Source: Candidatus Poribacteria bacterium (GTDB lineage Bacteria; Poribacteria; WGA-4E; WGA-3G). From it: 64,000 bases of DNA. Numbering within the stretch: position 1 is the stretch's first letter; the number at the start of each line of letters is the position of its first letter. The DNA lies in assembly GCA_963665235.2 (NCBI GenBank), contig CAXXLX010000001.1:3904001-3968000 (forward strand), given 5' to 3'. This document shows, in pieces, positions 20,735 to 29,526 of this stretch. The notes under the pieces were generated by a model. The model had not been told where the DNA came from, did no database searches, and saw nothing but the letters and a program-made list of their open reading frames with translations. Made by a program: the position numbers and the translations under genes.

Positions 20735-21568
20735 CTATTGAAGTTGAGCAAGGGCTGCTTGTGCATCTATTACCGACCCTGAACTAAAACGTTCGAAATG
20801 TTCATCTGCAGCAATTGTTGTGATGTTCGGGATAATGATGTGTTCGACGATACCGCCGAGGTCGTCGCGATATTTTACAGCAATGCGAGCTAAAATCTTT
20901 GCAGCCGTTCCTGCCCACAAGTTATCTTCATGCAAGTATGGAAGAATGAATTGCACGGCTGGAGGACCGATTGCGACTAACCCATCGAACATTTCCCTGC
21001 CCGCAACGGATCCCTCACAAATGTTCGTGATTAAGACCTCCGCTGCTCGTGGATCTCCTTGCGCGATGAGTTCTTCTATTAGAGCATATACTCGATCACC
21101 GTCAGCGTGGTCAATTAAGACTGGCGGTGGCATCAGTTGTGCGATCAGTTCTGTCGCACGTGGCGAATGCACACCACCCCAGGCATAAGGATTGTTTTTG
21201 ATATACTCAAGCCGTTTGTATGCGACTTTTACTGGATCCGCTTTGGGATCAACCTTCGGAAAATCGGGTTTGGTGACGGTCCCCTCGGGTGCGGTCCATT
21301 GCACCTTTGGTTCTGTAGGTTCAGGCGTTTCCTCTTGCCACACATCCGGTGCATCAATCGGCACTTCATGCCAATGATCACCATGCCGCACCATCTTGAA
21401 GCCCGGTCCTGCGACTGGCGGTTTATCGCTTTGTTCAAGTTGTTTCTCGTCTTGTGCAATTTCTTCTTTGGGCTGCGGCACTTCTGACCACTGCCAATAT
21501 ATAAAACCACCTACAGCAATCACGATTATAATGAGAACTGCTATGCCGAAATAAAGTTTTTTGTTCAT
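20735..21568 (-). CDS. Membrane-anchored hypothetical protein (HGDHWH motif, helical C-terminal domain)
   Basis: GGAGG RBS, N-terminal TM helix, HGDHWHEVP. Confidence 0.75.
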   Translation of the reverse strand: MNKKLYFGIAVLIIIVIAVGGFIYWQWSEVPQPKEEIAQDEKQLEQSDKPPVAGPGFKMVRHGDHWHEVPIDAPDVWQEETPEPTEPKVQWTAPEGTVTKPDFPKVDPKADPVKVAYKRLEYIKNNPYAWGGVHSPRATELIAQLMPPPVLIDHADGDRVYALIEELIAQGDPRAAEVLITNICEGSVAGREMFDGLVAIGPPAVQFILPYLHEDNLWAGTAAKILARIAVKYRDDLGGIVEHIIIPNITTIAADEHFERFSSGSVIDAQAALAQLQ

Positions 21569-21885
21569 GAAACTATCCTCCTATATAGGATTATCCCTTG
21601 TTATTTCGCTGCATCCAGCGGGCAGGGGTAGCTTGGATTCGGACACGGTTTTTGTTGTCTCTTTAATACTTCTGGCGCGAGGGCAGACATCGCGGGTAAA
21701 ACCCATCGTTAGCATCTCGGATAACGGCTCCGAAAAACTCAACAGCGAACGATTTTAGCGTCCCTAAAATCGATGACTTGCTAAGAAAAAAATTGCCGGC
21801 AAGCTCACATGGAGGAACCGTCTAACCCTGCCTCTTTTCTAACGGTATAAGCAGGATTAGCAAAGTTTTTGAAATTACACCTTAA

Positions 21886-21914
21886 AGTATACTGCATTCC
21901 AAAAACTTTGTCAA
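21886..21914 (-). promoter_or_regulatory. sigma70 promoter
   Basis: TTGACA-N17-TATACT. Confidence 0.7.
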
Positions 21915-22009
21915 AATTAAAAATTTTAAAATCACAACTTGCATTTATCTAACCGCTGTGTTATTATACTACATGGTATGTAGTCCGAATTTGTAGGTAA
22001 AGGAAAAAG

Positions 22010-22771
22010 ATGTTTATTGATTCACACACGCACATTCAACTCTCACAATTTAAACACGACCGGACCGCTGTGTTGCATCGTGCTAAGGAAGCGGGTGTCT
22101 CTAAAATGTTAGTCATCGGGTTTGACTTGGCAAGCAGTTTGGGTGCAATTGAATTGGCGGAAAATTATGATAACGTTTATGCTACCGTTGGCATGCATCC
22201 GCACGACGCGACAGACTTAACCCCCGATGTGCTAAAAACCTTTCGTGACCTATTAGAACATCCGAAGGTGATTGCCCTCGGTGAAATTGGGTTGGATTAC
22301 TATAGGAATCTCTCACCGCGTGATGTACAAAAAGCGGCATTTGAAAAACAATTGGACGTTGCCGATGAATTTGATATGCCTATCGTTATTCATAACCGCG
22401 ATGCGTATATGGACATCCTTCCTATTTTGGAATCCCGTGACAGAAATGCATCCGGGGTCTTACACTGCTTTACAGGCGATGTTGAATTGATGCAGCGGAG
22501 TGTTGAACTCGGTTTTCATATCGGCATCGGGGGTATTGTTACCTATCCGAAGGCTAAGGAGATGCAAGCTGTGGCGAGAGAAGTGCCAGCGGAGCGATTA
22601 TTGATAGAAACGGACTGCCCGTGGTTGGCACCGCAATTTCGGCGTGGTAAACGAAATGAGCCCGCGTATCTCCGCGCTGTGGCAGAAAAGATTGCCGAGC
22701 TCCGGGCGACTTCTGTAGAATCCATTGGCGAAATAACAACGAGGAATTTTGAGAATCTCTTCTTCGCATGA
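22010..22771 (+). CDS. tatD: TatD family hydrolase
   Basis: DSHTH, GMHPH, GEIGLDYY, IHNR, HCFTG, ETDCP, RNEP. Confidence 0.96.
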   Translation: MFIDSHTHIQLSQFKHDRTAVLHRAKEAGVSKMLVIGFDLASSLGAIELAENYDNVYATVGMHPHDATDLTPDVLKTFRDLLEHPKVIALGEIGLDYYRNLSPRDVQKAAFEKQLDVADEFDMPIVIHNRDAYMDILPILESRDRNASGVLHCFTGDVELMQRSVELGFHIGIGGIVTYPKAKEMQAVAREVPAERLLIETDCPWLAPQFRRGKRNEPAYLRAVAEKIAELRATSVESIGEITTRNFENLFFA

Positions 22772-23877
22772 AACACCTAAACCTCCGCATGTATGCAATG
22801 GTGTTTGCCCTGCTCGGTGTCTGGGTAATTTTCAGCCTACTGACTGGTGGCACCTTCCTCAGCACTCGGAACCTTTCCAACCTCTCTCGTCAAGCGGTGG
22901 AGACAGCTATTCTCGCCGTTGGCATGACGCTTGTCATCGTTTCCGCGAACATTGACCTATCCGTAGGCTACGGTGCTGGGTTGCTCGGCGCGATCACAGC
23001 GATTCTGCACGTTTGGTGGGGGCAACCGATTATTTTAACACTCCTTGCTGTTATCTGTGTCGGTGTCCTGATAGGCGCGCTGCACGGTTATCTGGTAGCG
23101 TATCAGCGAATTCCGGCGTTTATCGTCACACTGGGCGGCTTTTTGGCATACCGCGGGTTGATGTTAGCCTTTACTAAAGGCGAGACTATCCTGCTTCCCG
23201 ATAATTGGTTGAAAGCTCTCGGCGGGGCTTACCTGCCACACACACTCGGATGGGGTATTCTAATTGTTGCGCTTGGTGTAAGTGGATACCTGTTTTTCAA
23301 TCAATTTACAAAACCGCAGTCGGAACGTACCTACAAAACGTATCTCCCCACAATTTTCAAAATAATTGGGACGTGGGGGGGACTTATCGCGTTCGTCACA
23401 GTGATGAATTCTCACAAAGGGATTCCGATGCCGGTATGTGTTCTGTCTGGGTTGGTATTTCTATTTCATTTTGTAGCGAATCACACCCGTTTTGGGCGTT
23501 ATGTCTATGCTGTCGGTGGTAACGCGGAGGCGGCGTATCTCTCCGGGGTCAATGTCCGCAGCGTTACACTACGGGTTTTTGCGACGATGGGGGCACTCAT
23601 GGCAATTGCTGGCGTTGTCTTGACCGCACGTGTCGGGAGTGCTAGTCCGGAAGCAGGACGTTTGCTGGAATTAGATGCGATTGCTGCATGTGTTATCGGC
23701 GGTGCCAGTTTAATGGGTGGACGCGGTAGCATTTTCGGGGCCGTTTTGGGTGCGTTCGTTATGGAAAGTCTGGATAACGGGATGAGCCTAGCAAATATGG
23801 ACGCTGCATGGCAGGATATTATCAAAGGGATTGTCCTTGTCGCCGCTGTCGGGTTTGACATGGCATCACGGAAATAA
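22768..23877 (+). CDS. Sugar ABC transporter permease (XylH/RbsC-like)
   Basis: IDLSVG, PAFIVTLGG, GRYVYAVGGNAEAAYLSG, ELDAIAACVIGG. Confidence 0.92.
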   Translation: MKHLNLRMYAMVFALLGVWVIFSLLTGGTFLSTRNLSNLSRQAVETAILAVGMTLVIVSANIDLSVGYGAGLLGAITAILHVWWGQPIILTLLAVICVGVLIGALHGYLVAYQRIPAFIVTLGGFLAYRGLMLAFTKGETILLPDNWLKALGGAYLPHTLGWGILIVALGVSGYLFFNQFTKPQSERTYKTYLPTIFKIIGTWGGLIAFVTVMNSHKGIPMPVCVLSGLVFLFHFVANHTRFGRYVYAVGGNAEAAYLSGVNVRSVTLRVFATMGALMAIAGVVLTARVGSASPEAGRLLELDAIAACVIGGASLMGGRGSIFGAVLGAFVMESLDNGMSLANMDAAWQDIIKGIVLVAAVGFDMASRK

Positions 23878-24031
23878 AATCCCTCAGGTTGCGCCGCCCT
23901 CGATTGGAATTTTGTCCCCCCCCACAGTCGACTTCCTCAAAAAACAGAATTTTCCGACATGTCTCCATTTTTTTAAACCGTTTGCCGAAAATTTCCCCTC
24001 TTTTAACCAAACTCTAATTGGGAATTTACTT

Positions 24032-27000
24032 ATGCATTACGATTTAGTTATGCCCAATGACCTGACAGATGCGGAGCTCGTTCGACGGGTGCAAGCCCGA
24101 GATGAGGCAGCTTTTGCAGAATTGGTAGCCCGTTATAGTCCACGGATTTGGAGTACCGTTGTTGAGAATTCAAGGCAACACCGGGATGCTGAAGAAATTC
24201 TGATGGACATCTGGCAGGTAGTGTGGGAAAACATCAACGGACTGCGGAAAGTGGAAAGTTTTGGCGCGTGGCTGAGACGCATTACGTTTACTGCTTGCAA
24301 CAGATATTACAGCACCGGAACACACGGACGCGAAATTGTTCTAGACTACGAAGATTTGGCCTTTCAAATCGATAGAGATGCTGAACAACGTTTTCACGAT
24401 GAAAGACTTCGAGCTGAGGCAAGAGAGGCTGTGCATCACCTGCCACAGCGAGTGCGGCCCGTTGGAATATTATATTACCTTGAATTGTGGAGTGTCAAAG
24501 AGGTTGCAGCTGAACTTGGCCTAGCGATAGGCACGGTTAAGACGAGGCTGAGTGAAATCAGACGACTGCTCCGTAAAGAATTTGGGGTTGAAGAGGGGAA
24601 AATTATGTCACATAAACAGGAAAAACCTGCAAGTTTGCCAAGTAAATTAAAGGTAATCGGAGTCGGTGGTGCCGGTTGCAATGTGGTCAACGCTATGATT
24701 GAAGCCGGGGCATCGGGCATAGAATTTTGTGTGGTGGATACGGACAAGGCGGCACTTAGTGCCTGTGAGAGAGCAACGCAGGTGCAAATCGGTGTTCGCA
24801 CCACCCTTGGAAGTGGCACGGATGGCATTCTCGAACTTGGCAGACGCGCCGCTGAGGAAAACATGGAGGCACTCCGCGCAATTGTTGCTGATGCAAAGAT
24901 GGTCTTCGTTATAGCGGGTATGGGGGGCGGGACTGGCACTTACGTCGCCCCGCTGATAGCATCTCTATCGCGAGAACAGGGAACATTGACAGCCTGCTTT
25001 GTGACATGTCCGTTCGATGCTGAAGGCGAACGTTGTGCCGAACAAGCAGCACTCGGTTTACAGCAACTGCAAACTGCTTCTCGATATCGGGCAGATGCAG
25101 TCATTGTTGTGCGAAACCAACAGGTTATTGAAATGAGTGACCAGCAATTATCTATGCACGAGGCGTGTCAGAAAACCGATGAAATCCTGCTTTACGGCAT
25201 TCGAAGCATTTCGGATATCATCGTAGAGGCTGGGGAAATCAACGTTGGCTTTCCTGACATTCAGAAGATGTTGCGCGACCAGGGGAACGTGCTAATGGGG
25301 ATAGGAAAAGCAAAAGGTGAAAATCGGGCGAAAATCGCTGCCGAGAACGCCATCGCCTCACCCCTACTCGGAGACGCTAGCCTCGTCGGAGATAAGGTGA
25401 TGATTGTTAATATCACCGCATCCCCAGAGTTTGCAATACACGAATTAGAGCAGGCCATGAAAGTCATCAGGAAAACAGCAGCGGACGCACAACCTATTTT
25501 CGGATTGGTCTACAAGGATGAATTGCAACATAGCGGTGAAGTGGTGGTGACTATAATTGCCAATGGCTCCGATTTACCAAAGGAAATCGCTTCGCCAAGT
25601 ATGGATATGGTAGACGATGCATCGCCAGGGCAAGGTGCTATTATCTTACCATCAAACAGTTCAGACTTTGTGCATCTACACAATCACAGCGAATATAGTC
25701 TACTGGATGGCGCGTGCCGGATACCGGATATGGTCCAGTGGGCAGTTGAGCACAGCTCGCCTGCTGTTGCCATTACAGACCACGGCAACATGTTCGGTGC
25801 ACGGGAATTTTACAACGCCACGAAAGAAGCCGGTGTGAACCCAATTGTCGGATGTGAGGTGTATGTTGAAGCTGGGAATGGGCAATCTGAACCGTCCCAT
25901 CTCACCTTGCTGGCAGAGGACGCTATAGGTTACGCGAATCTCTTAAAATTGACATCGTTCGGATGGACGCAAGGTTTCCGTAGAAAACCGTGTATCACTC
26001 TGGAAATCTTACGGGAATATCACGACGGTATTATTGCCCTGACAGGGTGTATCTATGGGATAGTGCCGCAGCTAATCTGTTCGGATAGAAAAGATGAGGC
26101 ACTCCGAAACTTTTTGACGTTGAAAGACATCATGGGAGAGAATAACCTGTATGTTGAGATACAGAATCACTATCTCGATACGGAGTTGGCAGCGTATCCT
26201 GTGATGCTCGAATTGGCGAAAGAACACGACCTTCCTATCGTAGGAACGAACGATTGTCACTACCTCCGAAAATCTGACCACCGCATGCACGATGTGCTTT
26301 GCTGTATCCGGACAAGGAAAACTGTCAATGACGCTGAACGCCTAAGGTTTGACAATCATTTCTATTTCAAAAATGTTGACGAAATGCAAGCGGCACTTAA
26401 AACGTATCCTCCTGAGGCGATTAGCAATACCGTTGAAATTGCGAATCGATGTAACCTACAACTGGAGGACAACAAAAGTGTGATGCCGATATTTGAGGTG
26501 CCGGCGGGACATACACACGACACTTATCTGAAAACGTTGTCTTATGAGGGGTTACGTCAAAAATATGGAGGGCATCTCGCTGAACCGATTCGCACCCGAC
26601 TGGAATATGAACTGGATATCATCGAACAGATTGGGCACGCTAACTATTTCCTGCTTGTAGCAGATTATGCCACCTACGCGAACAGCCAGGGATATCCCTT
26701 CTCTGCGCGCGGTTCGGCGGCAGGCAGCCTTGTGCTTTACGCCCTCGGTATCATCAATTTTAATCCGATGAATTACGGATGTCTGTTTGAAAGGTTTCTA
26801 AACCTTGATAGGCTTACCACGCCAGATATTGACATAGATTTCCCCGGACATGCTCGTCAAGACATGGTGGATTACCTTGCGAAAAAGTACGGACAGGACT
26901 CTGTCGGTCGTATTGTTACCTTTACTACGTTGGGGGCGAGGTCAGCTATCAAAGATGTCGGACGGGCCCTTGAAATTCCGCTTGATTCCATCGAAAAGTT

Positions 27001-28291
27001 GACAGACCTAATTCCACACATTCCGGGAATCACGCTTGAGGCAGTTTTGAAAGAGGTTCCAGAATTTCAGACGTTTGCTGCACTCCCTGAAAATAGAGAG
27101 TTGATAGAAATTAGTCAAGCGGTAGAGGGGACGAAACGGCATGTCTCCTGTCATAATTCTGCTGTTGTGATTTCAAACGGGCCCCTTACCGATTACGTCC
27201 CACTTTTCAAAGATAAACATGGACAGGTCGCGGTACAGCTTGAACGAAACGCAGTTGAAGATGTCGGTGTCGTCAAATTGGATATCCTCGGTTTGTGTAG
27301 CCTCTCCAGCATCTCTACCTGTCTCAGGACGATTCAGGAAAACCGTGGCCGCAGGATTGCACTTGAAGATATTCCGCTTGACGACAAAAAAACCTATTCA
27401 CTCATCAGTGAAGGCTTGCTGGCTGGGCTTTTTCAACTTGAAACCTCTCCCGACATGCAGCAGGTTGTTACCGAGCTCAAAGCGGAAAATTTTGAGGAAT
27501 TTTCGGCAATCCCGGCACTCTATCGACCCGGTCCCATTGAAAATGGTGACCTGCAGCGGTTCATTGCAAGGAAAAATGGCATCGCCCCGACAAGGTACGC
27601 GCATCCATCGCTTGAAAATGTGCTTAAAAGCACTTTCGGTGTCTGTATCTATCAGGAACAGGTGATGAAGATAGCGTGTGAGATAGCAGGTTTCACGCTC
27701 GGCGAGGCGGATATCCTCCGTTCTGCAATGGGCAAAAAAGATGAAATGCTTATTGCGGGGCAGCGACAGAAATTCGTTGAAGGCGCGATGAAAAATGGCA
27801 TCGCCGAAGCGGAGGCGGAAGAGGTCTTTGAATATCTGAAATCTGTCGGGAGATATGCCTTCAACAAATCGCACAGTGTCACGTATTCTCTGTTAAGCTA
27901 TCGGATGGCGTATCTGAAAACGCACTACCCGCACGAATTTATGGCGGCGATGCTGACAAGTGAAGCAGCATATACCGAGAAAATCACCCGCTACCGTGCT
28001 GAATGTTCTGAACTGGCTGACTTCCTCGGCGTAGAAATTAACCTCTTACCCCTTGATATCAACCACAGTGAGAAGCATTTCACAGTGGATGGCAACGATA
28101 TTCGTTGTGGCCTTCTTGCTGTTGCGGTTTTGGGGGATGAAGCGATAGATTCAATTATAGCAGAGAGACATCAGCGAGGGGTGTTCACCTCACTCCAAAA
28201 TTTCCGAGAACGCGTGGATACGGAACACGTGAATGCGTACGCTATTGAAAGCCTTGTGGCAAGCGGCGCATTCAAAACGTTTCCGATGTAA
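24032..28291 (+). CDS. Fusion protein: ECF sigma factor - FtsZ GTPase domain - DNA polymerase III alpha (DnaE, truncated after HhH)
   Basis: Sigma r2/r4 (FGAWLRRI; SVKEVAAELGLAIGTVKTRL); FtsZ (VIGVGGAG, AGMGGGTGT); DnaE (HLHNHSEYSLLDG, RGSAAGS, PDIDIDF, KLDILGL, YQEQVM, YAFNKSH); one uninterrupted frame; start 24032 or 24050. Confidence 0.9.
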   Translation: MHYDLVMPNDLTDAELVRRVQARDEAAFAELVARYSPRIWSTVVENSRQHRDAEEILMDIWQVVWENINGLRKVESFGAWLRRITFTACNRYYSTGTHGREIVLDYEDLAFQIDRDAEQRFHDERLRAEAREAVHHLPQRVRPVGILYYLELWSVKEVAAELGLAIGTVKTRLSEIRRLLRKEFGVEEGKIMSHKQEKPASLPSKLKVIGVGGAGCNVVNAMIEAGASGIEFCVVDTDKAALSACERATQVQIGVRTTLGSGTDGILELGRRAAEENMEALRAIVADAKMVFVIAGMGGGTGTYVAPLIASLSREQGTLTACFVTCPFDAEGERCAEQAALGLQQLQTASRYRADAVIVVRNQQVIEMSDQQLSMHEACQKTDEILLYGIRSISDIIVEAGEINVGFPDIQKMLRDQGNVLMGIGKAKGENRAKIAAENAIASPLLGDASLVGDKVMIVNITASPEFAIHELEQAMKVIRKTAADAQPIFGLVYKDELQHSGEVVVTIIANGSDLPKEIASPSMDMVDDASPGQGAIILPSNSSDFVHLHNHSEYSLLDGACRIPDMVQWAVEHSSPAVAITDHGNMFGAREFYNATKEAGVNPIVGCEVYVEAGNGQSEPSHLTLLAEDAIGYANLLKLTSFGWTQGFRRKPCITLEILREYHDGIIALTGCIYGIVPQLICSDRKDEALRNFLTLKDIMGENNLYVEIQNHYLDTELAAYPVMLELAKEHDLPIVGTNDCHYLRKSDHRMHDVLCCIRTRKTVNDAERLRFDNHFYFKNVDEMQAALKTYPPEAISNTVEIANRCNLQLEDNKSVMPIFEVPAGHTHDTYLKTLSYEGLRQKYGGHLAEPIRTRLEYELDIIEQIGHANYFLLVADYATYANSQGYPFSARGSAAGSLVLYALGIINFNPMNYGCLFERFLNLDRLTTPDIDIDFPGHARQDMVDYLAKKYGQDSVGRIVTFTTLGARSAIKDVGRALEIPLDSIEKLTDLIPHIPGITLEAVLKEVPEFQTFAALPENRELIEISQAVEGTKRHVSCHNSAVVISNGPLTDYVPLFKDKHGQVAVQLERNAVEDVGVVKLDILGLCSLSSISTCLRTIQENRGRRIALEDIPLDDKKTYSLISEGLLAGLFQLETSPDMQQVVTELKAENFEEFSAIPALYRPGPIENGDLQRFIARKNGIAPTRYAHPSLENVLKSTFGVCIYQEQVMKIACEIAGFTLGEADILRSAMGKKDEMLIAGQRQKFVEGAMKNGIAEAEAEEVFEYLKSVGRYAFNKSHSVTYSLLSYRMAYLKTHYPHEFMAAMLTSEAAYTEKITRYRAECSELADFLGVEINLLPLDINHSEKHFTVDGNDIRCGLLAVAVLGDEAIDSIIAERHQRGVFTSLQNFRERVDTEHVNAYAIESLVASGAFKTFPM

Positions 28292-28505
28292 ACGTTAGCG
28301 TGTGTGAAAAAAGAGCTCAACAAACAGAACTATATAGTGTAAAATTACTAAACTTTGGACAATTTTAGGGTGTGTCCAGTTTTTGTCAAAGGGATAGGTG
28401 GAAGATTGGAAGGGGGGAAGGCTGGAAGACTGGAAGCAGGGTGTGTAAAGTTTTTGTACGTCTGCGATATTTTTTCTGAAGAAAAATCAAACCATTGGCA
28501 ACTAA

Positions 28506-28745
28506 TACCATTTTTATTAATTATTCTATCATTACCGGTTGTTAGAAATGAAACGGAGAACGGCACAAACTGGAAGTTTATGCTACGATAAAACGCACAA
28601 ACTGGAAGTTTATGCTACGATAAAACGCACAAACTGGAAGTTTATGCTACGATAAAACGCACAAACTGGAAGTTTATGCTACGATAAAACGCACAAACTG
28701 GAAGTTTATGCTACTACAAAGAGACATTTTCAATTAGAAATGGTA
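28506..28745. mobile_element. MITE with TACCATTT inverted ends and TAA target duplication, carrying a REP array
   Basis: TAA|TACCATTTTTATT ... AATTAGAAATGGTA|TAA. Confidence 0.65.
28563..28714 (-). repeat. Tandem array of 5 x 32-bp GTAG-REP units
   Basis: GCACAAACTGGAAGTTTATGCTAC plus constant GATAAAAC linker. Confidence 0.92.
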
Positions 28746-28748
28746 TAA

Positions 28749-29392
28749 CATAACAGAGAACCAAAACATTTTTCGGAGGAACGCGGCACGGTTTGCAACT
28801 TACCTGACCAGACATCGATAGCGAAAGTGTCACATTTCTTTTTTTTTGAAAATCGTCCAAGGGGGTGTAAACGGCGGACAAACATAGATGGGGCGGGCGT
28901 TTGGGCACATTCAGCACCGAGAACCGGATGTTACACTTTGTGTCGAAAGTGTAACTTATGCACACAAATGGCACAAAAAATAGGAGGCAGAACCATCCGA
29001 AGAGTCCGAAGAACTGATACCCGAAAACCGTCAGTTGAAATGACACATTTTGTTTTTTTGTGTTGCGAAAAAGATAGGGGTAAATCGCTTGAAAACATAG
29101 ACGTGGCGTGAGTTTGTGCGACTGCAGCACCGAGAAGCGAATGTTACACTTTGTGTCAAAAGTGTAACTTATGCACCGGAGCGGCAGAGAAAAATAGCAG
29201 ACACATCGGTAAGAAAAGTAGGCAGAACTGATAAACGAAAACCGGTGGTCGAAATGTCACACTTCATTTTTTTTGTGTTGTGAAAAAGACGGGTCGAAAC
29301 CGCTTGAAAACATAGACGTGGCGTGAGTTTGTGCGACTGCAGCACCGAGAAGCGAATGTTACACTTTGTGTCAAAAGTGTAACTTATGCACC
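28749..29392 (+). repeat. Three ~214-bp imperfect tandem units each with a GTTACACTTT-N6-AAAGTGTAAC palindrome
   Basis: Cores at 28912, 29125, 29340; inverted relative at 57501-57724. Confidence 0.85.
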
Positions 29393-29526
29393 GGTTTTGT
29401 ACAAAAACTTTACACACCCTCTCATCCACTATCGCTTGACACATCGACGCATTTTCCTTGACTTCACAACTTTCTAATGATATACTAAACATTGGTATCC
29501 TCTCTTTTTTCACAAGTTTATTATTT

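Noticed and set aside
23831-24031. N-terminal extension of the fusion ORF (likewise ORF-track starts at 47333, 34372, 14885, 7448, 20766)
   Set aside because: These overlap neighbouring genes or intergenic DNA; downstream ATGs with an RBS or domain start are more plausible.
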